NCBI GenBank assembly: GCA_964016885.1
Contig: OZ024760.1
Location: forward strand, 21,204,001 to 21,268,000
DNA length: 64,000 bases
From: Eledone cirrhosa
Lineage: Eukaryota
Direction of reading: 5' to 3'
Shown piece by piece: positions 25,398-38,312 of this stretch (its first letter is position 1; each line of letters starts with the position of its first letter). The translations under genes were made by a program, and so were the position numbers. A model generated the notes under the pieces. That model saw nothing but the letters and a program-made list of their open reading frames with translations, did no database searches and was not told the DNA's origin.

Positions 25398-25750
25398 AGG
25401 TGGCTGGGTGCCACACGAGAATGCTGAGGATGGCTCTGAACATTAATCAGTATACACTGAGGATGAAGAACTCAGAGCTGTACGGGAGCCTCCCAAACGT
25501 CAGCTCAAAAGTGACACAGAGACTGAGGTTGGCTGAACATGTTCACCGACATCCAGAGTTGACACTGCACTCAGTGTTCCTGTGGGAGCTCCTGCATGGG
25601 TACACTGGAAGAGGAAGACCGAGGTTAACACATGTTGATGCCCTAAAGACAGACACTGGTCTCTTGGAGACGCAGGACATGGCAGCGATAATGAGAGACA
25701 GAGACCGCTGGAGAGAACTCGTCCATGGATCTCGGGAATGTTACCCGCAC
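25398..25750 (+). mobile_element. RTE-clade LINE 3' fragment
   Basis: Translates TRMLRMALNI...NSELYGSLP...RLRLAEHVHRH...GRGRPRLTHVDALKTDTG...MRDRDRWR. Confidence 0.8.
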
Positions 25751-25799
25751 TAGAAAAGCAGGGAAAAGCCAACGTAAAATTATGATAATGATATATATA

Positions 25800-25842
<43 letters not shown>

Positions 25843-26493
25843 AAACACACTCAATCCATAAGCAGAGATTTTTTACAATTTTAAGAAGAAATAGAAGAAA
25901 TCGATTACTCCTTGAGTGTGTAAAACAATAAAGTTACGTAGTAAGTGGTAAGAAACTCTCAGGAGTTCTTCAACAGATCTTTAGACATGGTCGGACTTTT
26001 ACCTGCAGAGGCCATAAACTATATGAAATTTGATGCCCTTCTCTAAAAAGAAATTCAGGTAAAAAGATTTTAATGATTTAAAATTTAATGATGACGGTAG
26101 AGCGTCGGACACCGTGTTTTGCAGCATCGAGTTACATCCCTTTGCGGCCTGAGTTCAAATCCCAACGGGGTTAACTTTGCCTTTCATCATTACGGAGTCG
26201 ATAAAATAAAGTACCAGTAATGCACTCGGGTCGATTTAAAATTGTTGGCCCTATTATTTACTTAATGATTTCAAAATTAAATTATATCAACCACAGGGTG
26301 TCCCCAAAAAATGTATACACACTTTGATTACTTGTACAGGCAATATTAATTAGAATGCTGTTGAATTGTGTATACATTTTGGGGGAACACTCTGTATATC
26401 TGTCCAGCACTGTCTTCAGGGAAGAAAACCCTCTCATGCAAGTGTTTCGGCCCTTAACTTAAGTTAATTCAGATAAAGGTACCCACGTGTAAT

Positions 26494-26705
26494 CGACGTC
26501 ACATTGTACATGACGTCACAATTTCACGTCATCATGGCGTCACAGTTTCACGTCATCATGACGTCACAATTCCACGTCATCGTGACGTCACAATTTCACG
26601 TCATCGTGACGTCACAATTCCACGTCATCGTGACGTCACAATTTTACGTTATCGTGACGTCACAATTTCACGCCATCATGACGTCACAATTGCACGTCAT
26701 CATTA
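26494..26705. repeat. 24-bp minisatellite carrying CRE palindromes (TGACGTCA)
   Basis: Perfect TGACGTCA at 26511, 26559, 26583, 26607, 26631, 26655 and 26679, with a variant at 26535. Confidence 0.92.
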
Positions 26706-27040
26706 CACATTACTAGTAATTACATCGATGAAATTGTCGCAACTATATTATACGAACTAAACCAATGAGATTTACAATAATCGGCTTATAGCTCAATATA
26801 CACTTGTAGATAGGTCTACACTGGATTAACATAAGGGATTATCGTTGTAGAAGGATTATCTCACCTTAATACCGACTATTGGTTCATATTTTTCTGTTTG
26901 TATTCGTGTTTACATTTGGGTTTGGTGTCAATGGTGTGAATACGTACATATACATATACATATAAATATATATACATATATACCCATACATGTAAATACA
27001 TACATATACATGCATATGCATATATATATATATATATATA

Positions 27041-27212
27041 GTTTTAATATAGATGAGATTCTACAGGACTAGGACTGTTTCATTCATTAGAAATCATCAG
27101 GAATGAAACAGTTCTAGTCCTGTAGAATCTCATCTATATTAAAACTGTTATACTCTGCTATGTATTGAGTACCTTACTTACTGTGGTTACCTCCGATTCA
27201 ACCCGGAATAAC
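27041..27212 (+). mobile_element. Fold-back element family P2 copy
   Basis: The inverted arm retains the full hammerhead on minus (about 27055-27104); the plus arm lacks CTGATGA. Confidence 0.72.
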
Positions 27213-27354
27213 GTATATATATATATATATATATATACGTATACATACATACATATATATATGTGTGCGTGTATAAACAAGTTTAAATAAGTTGATGATA
27301 CAACCACACACACACACACGCATATGTATGCATGTGTGTGTATATATATGTATA

Positions 27355-27403
<49 letters not shown>

Positions 27404-27480
27404 TTTTTTTTTCGTGCAATGGCCATAATCGATAACGAGGGGGCAGCCATCATATATTCATATATATGTATGTATATATG

Positions 27481-27511
<31 letters not shown>

Positions 27512-27925
27512 ATATAATATATACACACACACACACACACATACATACATACATACATACATACATACATACATACATACCTAGCTATTCCTATTTTTCC
27601 TGGTACTATACTTATTATCATATAAATATATTCTCGTCATTGCATCTTCTGTTTTGTTTAGTTTTTAACTGTTTAGTGACATAGGGGTTAGAGAGTTGGA
27701 CTTGTAATCCCAGTCCAAGCGGTGTGATATGTCCTTGAACAAGACACTTTATTTCACATTGCTCTTTATGCCAGGAGTTGCAAACGGTAGATGCTATCAG
27801 CAATTAGAAAGATCAATAGAAACATTGTTTCCTTAGTCCTATTTGACGAATTCCATCCCACTCTTTAAGCGAGGTCTGAGATCTTGTCGATCGTTCCTCT
27901 ATCTCTCTCTCTCTCTCTCTCTCTC

Positions 27926-27990
<65 letters not shown>

Positions 27991-28329
27991 CAAAATGTTA
28001 ATAAATGAAAAATATTCTCAGAATCAAAATATATATTTTATTTTACATTTTTACTTATTTCAAAGGTACAATGGGGTTTAAGTACGTTTTCATCAGACAA
28101 AATATAAGATTTGATATGTGACATACCGCTACGGTTTTCATTATTCAATTCCAGTATTGAGTGCTTCTAATCTATTGTAAAATTGTATTCGTTGATTAAT
28201 CAACGAACCATATTAATCTTTGGTTATATATATATATATATATATATATTTAACTTTGATAACTTTCGGCCAGTATTGGCCCAAGCCATGTCTAATTTAA
28301 TAGCACCACCTGGCGAAGTCTTTCAAATC

Positions 28330-28700
28330 AGGATTTGGGCACCATGGCCCACTCAAGTAGAGAGTTATTGTTTACGAAGGCATATCCTGGATTTCTTGAA
28401 GGAATTTGTCCAAAGACTTCTTGAACTTTATGTGGTCTGTTTCCTTTTTAAAGTGTTTTGGTGTAATGTTAAAGAGAGCGGGGCCAATTGAGGTGAAATA
28501 ATTGTGCCGTATTGTTGTTATGAGATGCCAGTGAGATTTTTATCGTGGGTGGATAGTACGGGGGCCCAAGCCTTGGGTGTACCTTAAAGGTGATGCCAAC
28601 ATCATTTGGGCAATGCTGGTGGAATATTTTCCACATCATGCAGATAATGTAGCGCTCATGGCGACATTGGAGAGAATAAAGGTTGAGTTTTTCTAATCGA
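28330..28700 (-). mobile_element. CR1/L2-group LINE 3' fragment
   Basis: Translates LNLYSLQCRHERYIICMMWKIF...GPALFNITPK...FKKSLDKFLQEIQD. Confidence 0.7.
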
Positions 28701-29049
28701 CTCTACTTTTGGCACAAAGCCAGCAATTATCCCAGTGCATTACTGGTACTTTATTTTAACGATCCCGCAAAGTTAACCTCGGCGGTATTTGAACTCAGAA
28801 CGTAAAGGGCCATAATTCTATGCTGTAAAGCATGGCGTCCGACCTTCTACCGACACTGCCAATCCACCGCCAATAATAATAATAATAATAATTGTTTCTA
28901 CTTTTGGCACAAGGCCAGCAATTACCCAGTACATTACGAAAGACAGTTACTTTAGACCATTCCAATTTATTTTATATATGTGTATATATATATATATATA
29001 TATGATAAAGAACACAAGAGCGTCTACAACATCAAACATTTTTTTATTG

Positions 29050-29094
29050 GCTTACAATGTTTCTTCCTTACGTAACTGTAGGATTCTTCAGAGC
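29050..29094 (-). ncRNA. Minimal type I hammerhead motif
   Basis: gct-CTGAAGA-a-tcctac-agttac-gtaagga-a-GAAA-c-att-GTA-agc, followed by aataaa and (TA)n. Confidence 0.62.
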
Positions 29095-29133
29095 TATAAA
29101 AGGGGTTTGATTGGTGTTATGGACTCTACCAGT

Positions 29134-29179
<46 letters not shown>

Positions 29180-30486
29180 ACTGCTTATTCGGAAAGGGTG
29201 TCCATAGTGCTATTTTGTGGGAGGGGGGAGGGGTCTTCAGTGAACGATGGTAGTGAGAGAGGAGGCTATCCTCAAATGGGGAAACTCCACTTAAGGTACC
29301 TCAGGTGCCAGGTAGTCTTGTTAAAACGGATGTTAATCGATTCGTTGCAATCGAATTAGTTTATCATCAATAAAATAAATAGATGAATATATAAGTAAAT
29401 TCCATGTAATTCACACACAACAAATTAATTATAAATGCCAGCAGAAAAACCGCCCACCGTCGGTTTTCTGCTGGCATATGTAGTGTGCATATTGATATTA
29501 TGCGCAAATATATATGCATATATGTTGCCTAAATTGAAAGGTAAATTGACAATATGCACATAAATTGAACAAAGACTGTATTACACTTTCTTCTGTAATC
29601 AGTAAAGTAATCCATGATACATTTAAAAAAGACGATAATGAAGATGGAAAAGTGATGAGACTGTTGACAGAAACTGTTCATGAATCTTTACTTAAGAATA
29701 TCGATGGGAAGCTTCAACGAGTGAATTTCAAAATAGATGCTTGGAAATGTTATATATAAACGGCATTACGGTGACATGTTATGATATGAACGCTAACGGA
29801 AGTTAACATTTGAAAGTTTTAACAGAAGTGAATCTTGATATAAACAATACATTATATATAAAATTATCTATGTTTAATCAAGAGCTAAGAAATTTAGGGG
29901 ATAAATTACATAATATTCATTCAGGAATTATTCAAAGTAATCCAACTTGTTTTAATAACGTGATTAAAACGATAAACTGGACACAGTTTCGCAGTTCTTC
30001 AATCATTATAGATAAGCTTAATTAGATTCCATAATTATTTCATTATGGAGCATAATGAGAAGTTAATCTATTTGTCCTCTGTTGTGAATTATTGTGATTG
30101 TTGTCCTGATATAAACATTGCACATACATACAAACACATACACACAGATCTACAGACACACACTCACACAATACAGGTATACACATCTATAGGCACACAT
30201 ACACACAGTACACATAAAGGATAACAATAAGCAACAAAATGTATGTTTGTGTGTATGTATGCATGCATGTATGTATGCATCAATGTATGTATGTGTGTAT
30301 GCATGCATACATACATACATGTATGTATATGTGCGTGCATGTATGCATTAATGTATGTATGTGTGTATGCATGCATACATACATACATACATACATACAT
30401 ACATACATACATACATACATACATACATACATACATACATGTATGTATATATGCATGCATGCATGTATGTATGTATTTATGTATGT

Positions 30487-31460
30487 CTCTCTTTCTCTTA
30501 ATTTCGAGTATATTTTTGACCGGCCACCTTCCTGGTGGCAAAGTTTTAAAAGACAAGAAATTGTCATCCCTTGAATCGCAAGAATGTTTTGCAAATTTTG
30601 AAGGTGCCAGCTATCGCAGCCATTTGTAATCTATGAATTAGGGAAATGCGTTCTTTGTCCTCAAATCCAAGTTCAGTTATACTTTGATCTAAGCGGGTTG
30701 GTATATAACCTGTAGCTCCAATAAAGATGGGTATGAAGCTGAAGGTGTATCTTGGATACTGGGTCTGCAAACTCTTCATCAATGGTCCATAGATATCCTC
30801 CTTCTCTTGTATTTTTTTTCTTACAACGTTGACATCAAGTGGGCAGCTGATCTTTACAACAGAGTACATTTTCAATGTGTGGTCCCAAACAACAATATCA
30901 GGCCGGTTGTGTTTTAATTTGGTGGCAGTTTTTATTTTCAGGTCCCACCAGTATTCTTTATTGCCATCTATCTCTACATATTCCTCCTCATTTGTTTTTA
31001 ACTTTGTTTTCCTAAGTGAGTTCCAGATGGGTTCTAGCTATCACATCGTGTCTCATGGGGAGGTAGTAGCGAGACGACATTCTTTCGCAGTTGGCAACAA
31101 TGTGGCTAACATCTTCGATCTTTGTTTTACAAAGCCTACATTTATTGTCGACTGATGGCCCTCCTCTTTTGTGTAGCAGATATTTGGTAGGAATTTTTTA
31201 TTCCTGTATTGCATAGTGATATCCTTCAAGGTGGGATGTCATAAAATTGTCGGACATCCATGCCAGGATCTTTGAGTGATTTATCCCCTCCATGGTCTGT
31301 GTTTATCGTCTCAGGTACCCATGTACAACTTTCACTGTAAATTGGACCAGTTTTTTTATCCTGTTCGAACATTGAATAGGATCTTCCAAATTCCCCGGGA
31401 GAGAGATCTATATCAGGCCTTATTCCATACCTCTCCTCCAGATCAGTGGCTATCCTAATG
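30487..31460 (-). mobile_element. R4/Dong-like retrotransposon 3' fragment (CCHC knuckle plus RLE)
   Basis: Translates TSHLEGYHYAIQE, CRLCKTKIEDVSHIVANC, RHDVIART, HNRPDIVVWD and KEDIYGPL. The 3' end abuts (ATAC)n. Confidence 0.85.
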
Positions 31461-31480
31461 ATATTATTTTCTTCAGAAAA

Positions 31481-31670
31481 GGCGGTGGATTGGCAGTACC
31501 AGTAGAGGGTCGGACGCCATGCTTTGCAGCACAGTTACGTCCTTTTACGGACTGAGTTCAAAACCCGCCGAGGTTAACTTTGCCTTTCATCCTTAAGGGG
31601 TCGATAAAATAAAGTACCAGTAATACACTGGGATAATTGCTGGCCTTGTGCCAAAAGTAGAAACAATTAT
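31481..31670 (+). mobile_element. Full-length tRNA-derived SINE
   Basis: Box A, box B and tail present; imperfect TSD attatttt/ccttcagaaa. Confidence 0.88.
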
Positions 31671-31779
31671 TTCCTTCAGAAACAATTATTTCCTGGGCAA
31701 GATGGTTGCTGACCTTTTTCTTCTGCTGAAGATGTTGCTTCAGTGTTACTATTCAGGTCTCGTATGTATGTATGTATGT

Positions 31780-32375
31780 CAGGTCACCAGTTGGTGCTAC
31801 TGGTAACATGTATCCCAGTACAACCTATCTCATGGTCGGGTCGTTGGCGACTAAACTGGCAACCCCACCAAGGTTTTTTGGTGAGGGGGATGTCTTTGGA
31901 CATCCTGCAGGACTAAAAACAAAACCTGTCAAAGGGCAAAGGAGCTCTTAAGAGTCAATGGCCATCCAAAATCACCGGGAGAGATGACCCCTTAGCCTTT
32001 GTCAAGGCAGAATTCTAAGAGAAGGCAAACTCTGATATAACACCTGCAACCCTGATGGTATCTAATGATGTTGACTTGTTCTTCTTTTTGGTAAATATCA
32101 TCTTGGTTAAGAGAGTGGGACTGGCTTTGTGCAGTGCCTTTGCTCACTATAAAAGCTTCACGGCACAGGCATTGCTTTATCTCTCTGCACTTGTCATCAC
32201 ATGGTACCATGGGCCCAGCACTATGTGTCAATAATTGTCACAAGTGTAGTGTTTGTACCAGAGTTTTCAAGTCGCTGGCTGGACTAAAAAGTCACACTTG
32301 TTCAGCGCATCGGTAGGGGTTCTCCTACATGGATATAAAGTAGTGACCGTACTCGAAAACGAGTTGGCAGCCACC

Positions 32376-32376
<1 letters not shown>
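31780..32376 (+). mobile_element. Second copy of the non-autonomous RTE-related element
   Basis: Colinear with 7275-7880 and flanked by (TATG)n. Confidence 0.72.
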
Positions 32377-32408
<32 letters not shown>

Positions 32409-32957
32409 TGTATGTATGTATGTATGTATGTATGTATGTATGTATGTATGTATGTATGTATACTCCTGGTGGAGTCGTAGGGGCGCCATATTGACATACG
32501 GCTTGTCTATGGCATTTTTAGAAGCTGACTAAGTCTAAATACAGCAGATTTCTTCCAGAGAAGGGTCGAGATTGAGAGAAGGGTTGAGAAAGAGATATAG
32601 GGGAAGGATCGACCCCGGTATTGGACTGGTACTTTGTTTATAGACCTCGAATGGATGAACAACAAAGTAAACAAGAAAATACATAAAATAAAATTATTCA
32701 ATAGAGAGGAGTACCACCCAGGGTTTACTTAGGAATCCCACCGAACCTAAACCTCCCACTCTTCAAGAGCACCCAAGGAAGGCGTTCCTCTTTCCTCTAA
32801 ACACTTCTGCCTACAGGTGCATGATCAGAGAAAGTCCATTCGTTCGGGCCATCCTCGCTACATCCACCTACCTTTTAACAAATGTATTGGACGTGGAGTA
32901 ACACTGCCCTCACCTCCCGTTCCACTTTAAAATGAACGTTAGGGTGGAGCGGGTTAT

Positions 32958-33455
32958 ACTGGAGGGAAGTACTTCCCTCCCTCTCCCCGTACATTTGTTA
33001 AAAGGTAGCAAGGTGAGGGTGGAGAGGGAAGTACTGCCCTCTCCCCCCTCTCTCTCCCCGTACATTTGTTAAAAGGTAGCAAGGTGAGGGTGGAGAGGGA
33101 AGTACTGCCCTCTCCTCCCTCCCTCTTCCCGTACATTTGTTAAAAGGATCGAAGGTGAGGGTGGAGAGGGAAGTACTGCCCTCTCCCCCTCCCTCTTCCC
33201 GTACATTTGTTAAAAGGTAGCAAGGTGAGGGTGGAGAGGGAAGTACTGTCCTCTCCCCCTCCCTCCCTCCGTACATTTGTTAAAAGGTAGCAAGGTGAGG
33301 GTGGAGAGGGAAGTACTGTCCTCTCCCCCTCCCTCTCCCCGTACATTTGTTAAAAGGTAGCAAGGTGAGGGTGGAGAGGGAAGTACTGCCCTCTCCACCC
33401 CCTCCCTCCCCGTACATTTGTTAAAAGGTAGCAAGGTGAGGGTGGAGAGGGAAGC
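32958..33455. repeat. Approximately 70-bp minisatellite, 7 copies
   Basis: Unit ccgtacatttgttaaaaggtagcaaggtgagggtggagagggaagtactgccctctccccctccct. Confidence 0.93.
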
Positions 33456-33649
33456 GCTACCTCATATGTCTGTTGGCTGAAGAGTTTAGAGAAGTGAGGA
33501 TTTACTTTATAATATACAGTATGACGATGACCTAAGCTGTTTGCAAATCTAATTTAACACACCCAGAAATACAGATTAAGTCGTGTTTGTTTTTTTATTA
33601 ATACTTATGTCCGAGAAGTGGATTCTGCACGATGGCCGACAGCACATCT

Positions 33650-34395
33650 CTAGTCAATAATTGTTTCTACTTTAGGCACAAGGCCAGCAAATACCCAGTG
33701 CATTACTGGTACTTTATTTTATCGACCCCGTAAGGATGAAAGGCAAAGTCAACCTCGGCGGGATTTGAACTCAGATCGTAAAGAGACGTAACTATGCTGG
33801 AAAGCATGGCGTCCGACCCTCTAGTCAATAATTGTTTCTACTTTAGGTACAAGGCCAGCAAATTACCCAGTTCATTACTGGTACTTTATTTTATCGACCC
33901 CGTAAGGATGAAAGGCAAAGTCAACCTCGGCGGGATTTGAACTCAGATCGTAAAGGGACGTAACTATGCTGGAAAGCATGGCGTCCGACCCTCTAGTCAA
34001 TAATTGTTTCTACTTTTGGCACAAGGCCAGCAATTACTCAGTGCATTACTGGTACTTTATTTTATCGACCCCGTAAGGATAAAAAGCAAAGTAAACCTCG
34101 GCGGGATTTGAACTCAGAATGGCAAGGACCGTAACTCTATGCGTCAAAGCATGGCGTCCGACCCTCTACCGATACTGCCAATCCATAATCAATAATGGTT
34201 TCTGATTTAGGTACAAGGCCAACAATTTGGGGGAAAGGGAAAAGTTGATTAAATTAATCCCCATTACGTTACTGGTATTTTATTTTATCGACCTCGTAAG
34301 GATGAAAGGCAAAGCAATCCTCGGCGGGATTTGAACTCAGAATGTAAAGGGCCGTATCTCTATGTTGCCGCTCTACCAATATTGCCAATCCACCG
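33650..34395 (-). mobile_element. Head-to-tail array of 4 tRNA-derived SINE copies
   Basis: Repeated junction ccctctagtcaataattgtttctac between units of about 172 bp. Confidence 0.88.
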
Positions 34396-34666
34396 TTCTG
34401 CCAATCAAGTAGTTCAACGTATGTGTGCCTGTGTGTGTGCGCGCGAGTGTGTGTGTGCGCGCGCGTGTGTGTGTGTGTGTGTGCGTGTGTGTGTGTATAT
34501 GTGTGTGTTGGATCTCAGCAACCCAAGCCCCAAAGCCACAACGCCTTCACATAGTATAGAGTAGTTCAACGTCAACAATTACCCCAGTGTATTACTGGTA
34601 CTTTATTTTATCGACCCCGTAAGGATGACCGGCAACGTTGACCTTGGCGGATATTAAGAACAACTA

Positions 34667-34960
34667 GGCGGCGAATTAGTAGAGTCGTTAGAACGTCGGA
34701 TAGAAAGCTTTGTGGTATTTGTTCCGGTTCTGTTCTCTGAGTTTAATTCCCGCCGAGGTCAACTTTGCCTTTCATCCTTTCCAGGTTGATAAAAAAAAAA
34801 AAAGTACCAGTCCAGTACTGGGTAGAATCTTCTGCTATATCGCTTTCTCACTTTCTGTCATTCTTTGGAAGAAATCTGCTGTGTTTAGACCTAGAAAGGA
34901 GATGGGCTTCGTCAGGCTTAAAATGCTTAACAAAGGCGCCTCTACGACTCCACCAGGAAT
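34667..34960 (+). mobile_element. Second SINE subfamily (same central domain, different tail)
   Basis: Head ggcggcgaattagtagagtcgttagaacg, tail ...tacgactccaccaggaatta. Related copies on minus at 32460-32660 and 51968-53281. Confidence 0.7.
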
Positions 34961-35389
34961 TATGGGTCTAAAATGAAAAGTATGTACTCGTGTGTATATA
35001 TGTTTCAAAGAGTTTGCACACACATGAAACGAGAGAAAGAGAGAGAGTGTGTGTGTGTGTTAAAGAGAGGGGGGCGATGTGTATATATGTTTCAAAGAGT
35101 TTGCACACACATGAAACGAGAGAAAGAGAGAGAGTGTGTGTGTGTGTGTATGTGTTAAAGAGAGGGGGCGATGACAGAGATATAGAGAGGAAGGAAAAGC
35201 AAGTGAAACGGTCAGTCTTTTGTAGTAATGTGAGAGAGGGAAGGAGGGAGGTAAAATGAACAGCCCCTCGTAGTAATGAGATGGGGGGGGGGGGGGTAAA
35301 AGGAACAGTCATCTGTAGAAATGTGAGGCAGAGAGGGGCAGGACAGTCCTCTGTATCAATATGAGGAAGGAAGGTAGGGGGGGTCACTG

Positions 35390-35840
35390 GAATAGTCTTT
35401 TGTAGTAATGTGAGGGAGGTACAGTCTCCTGTAGTAATGTGAGGAAGAAAGGGAGCGAGGTAAAAGGTACAGTCTCCTGTAGTAATGCGAGGAAGGGAGG
35501 GAGTGAGGTAAAAGGAATAGTCCTCTGTAGTAATGTAAGGAAGAAAGGGAGCGAGGTAAAAGGAACAGTCCTCTGTAGTAATGTGAGGAAGAAAGGGAGC
35601 GAGGTAAAAGGAACAGTCCTCTGTAGTAGTGTGAGGAAGAAAGGGAGCGAGGTAAAAGGAACAGTCCTCTGTAGTAATGTGAGGAAGAAAGGGAGCGAGG
35701 TAAAAGGTACAGTCTCCTGTAGTAATGTGAGGAAGGGAGGGAGTGAGGTAAAAGGTACAGTCTCCTGTAGTAATGTGAGGAAGGGAGGGAGTGAGGTAAA
35801 AGGAACAGTCCTCTGTAGTAACGTAAGGAAGGGAGGGGGA
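35390..35840. repeat. 60-bp purine-rich minisatellite
   Basis: Unit gtagtaatgtgaggaagaaagggagcgaggtaaaaggaacagtcctct-type, about 8 copies with degenerate copies back to about 35200. Confidence 0.9.
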
Positions 35841-36327
35841 GGTGACAATTTTGACGGACGCTCCAATAAACCACGTGACGACCACCTTAACTAAAACAAC
35901 ACAAGATAAGAAGACACACCAGTAAATGTCTTATTTCTTCTGTCACTTATAATGGATCAGGTAAGTTATTGTTATATATTAAACATAGCTGAGGCAATAA
36001 TAGAAAAGTTACATAAAAAATAATATTGGTTTCCTCCGGGTCAGCCAGCGCGTGGACCCCCATTTGCTCACAATAGTGAGAGATGGGGAGAGCGGGAGAG
36101 ATGGGGAGTCAATGGGAGTTTGGTTCTTTTGTGTTCGGACCTGGTGCGTATATATTTAAATATAATTGTTTTATATTTCCTTGAGTCTATAGTACTATAG
36201 TACTTTGGTACCTCCAGAAATTGACTGTTTCTATGTACAGTACAAAGCTGCTTGTTTTAAACTCTTTATTGGGAAAACAAAATCCCCAAATACCTTCCAT
36301 CATAATCCTACGTAAGAACTGTTAAGC

Positions 36328-36652
36328 TATGTCTCTCATACAGTAAATATTGTTGGTTTATTGTTAACAGAGTTTATTATGTCTCTCATACAGTAAATAT
36401 TGTTGGTTTACTGTTAACAGAGTTTATTATGTCTCTCATACAGTAAATATTGTTGGTTTACTGTTAACAGAGTTTATTATGTCTCTCATACAGTAAATAT
36501 TGTTGGTTTACTGTTAACAGAGTTTATTATGTCTCTCATACAGTAAATATTGTTGGTTTATTGTCAACAGAGTTTATTATGTCTCTCAAACAGTAAATAT
36601 TGTTGGTTTATTGTCAACAGAGTTTATAATATCTCTCATACAGTAAATATTG
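36328..36652. repeat. 50-bp minisatellite, about 6.5 copies
   Basis: Unit tatgtctctcatacagtaaatattgttggtttactgttaacagagtttat. Confidence 0.93.
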
Positions 36653-37281
36653 AAACTTGGTGTGATGTTTGTTGTAAGGGGGAAATTGGATGTTTGTGTT
36701 TACATTTAGACATGGTGAAATGATTTCTGAACCATCGTTCCATGTCTTCTACAGGGTTAACTTTACCTCATGTAATAAGTATTGTCCCACATAACAGACA
36801 CAGGGTTAACTTTACCTCATGGTATAAGTATTGTACCACATAATAGGCAGACAGGGTTAACTTTAGCTCATATAATAATAAACTTTATCCCACAATATCT
36901 ACCTAGAGTATCTCTATCAACAGGTAGACTAAAGTTATTTACGGTGTCGTGTACAGATACAACCCTCATGAAAGTTATTCCATGTCACCAAACAAGAGCG
37001 AAGTTGACTCTCTCTCTCTCTCTGCTGAACAACGATAACAAAAGGTGAAGTTTAGTGCTTAATTAGTTCATTGTTTTATGATCGTTTCAGAAGGTTGATT
37101 GACTATGATAAATCGATATAGCGACTGATCGATGGTAATTATGTAACTCCATAATATTATAGATCCATCTCACCGTCTTCATAAGAAACAGTGAACGAGA
37201 ATGAACGAATTAAGTACTAAACTTCGCTTTCTGTTGTCATTCTTCAACATGTATGTATGTATGTCTATATGTATGTATGTC

Positions 37282-37313
<32 letters not shown>

Positions 37314-37564
37314 TGTATGTATGTATGTATGTTCTTCTGGTTTTATAATTTCACAAATTGTTACCAATAGAGAGAGAGAGTCGGTTTCTAACATAGACAC
37401 AAGACTCTCTCATTGGAATTTACACAACATCAACTAGGTAGATATGTATGTATGTCTGCATGCATGTGTGTGTAGGTGTCGATGTTATTGTATGTGTGGA
37501 TGTGGATGTTTTGAGTTGTATGTGTGCATGTGTATATGTTTTGTATCTGTACAAGTGTATATGC

Positions 37565-38280
37565 AGTTATTAGATGCAAAATTTTGGAATGTTTTACATA
37601 TTTTTACTGTTCCATTAATGGATTGCACTTGTAATTTCTTAACTAGTTGTGTTCTTTCTGTTTCTCTGAAGCCCAGCTTCTCAAGGTTTGTATTGAGGCA
37701 GTTACTAACATATCCCAGTGCCCCAATAATCACAGGCATAAATCTGAAGGTATAGGTAGATTTCTCATTAGTTCTGCATAAATATTCTCCTTTTCACTAT
37801 TTTTTTATATTATGTTGGCATCTGCTGGGCAGAAAACTTCCACTACTGTGTATGCCTTCTTTTCCCTGTCCCATATCATATCTGGTCTATTATGCCTGCA
37901 TTTTATTGGGGTTTTTACTGGAACATTCCACTAGTACTCTTTCATATTATGTATATGGATGTCTTCCACATTGCTGTGTTTATTATTGGGGCTATCTTTT
38001 CTGTGGATTGCATTATACAGTGTTTTGGTCACTACATCATTCCTCGTAGGTAGATAGCACTGCGATGACATCTTTGGACAGCTGCTTATGACATGGGTGA
38101 CATCTTCAATGATAATTCTGCAGAGTCTGCACTTGTTGTCACATCTAGGTGTTTTGCCTGCATCCCTATCTCTTTTGTGAATCAGGTATTTCGTGTTGAT
38201 TTCCTGTTCTTGGATTGCAAAAGCGTATCCTTCAAAGGGGGACCCTATATATTACTCTCACTCTGGAGCTTCCTGTCAAC
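37565..38280 (-). mobile_element. Diverged R4/Dong-like RLE fragment (second subfamily)
   Basis: Translates PVIIGALGYVSNCLNTNLEKLGF...LQVQSINGTVKICKTF; upstream CRLCRIIIEDVTHVISSC and QEINTKYL. Confidence 0.7.
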
Positions 38281-38312
38281 ATATGTATGTGTGTAGCTAT
38301 GTATGTATGTAT

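Noticed and set aside
34968-35894. 305-aa repeat ORF
   Set aside because: The minisatellite is open on both strands; no domain or splice evidence.
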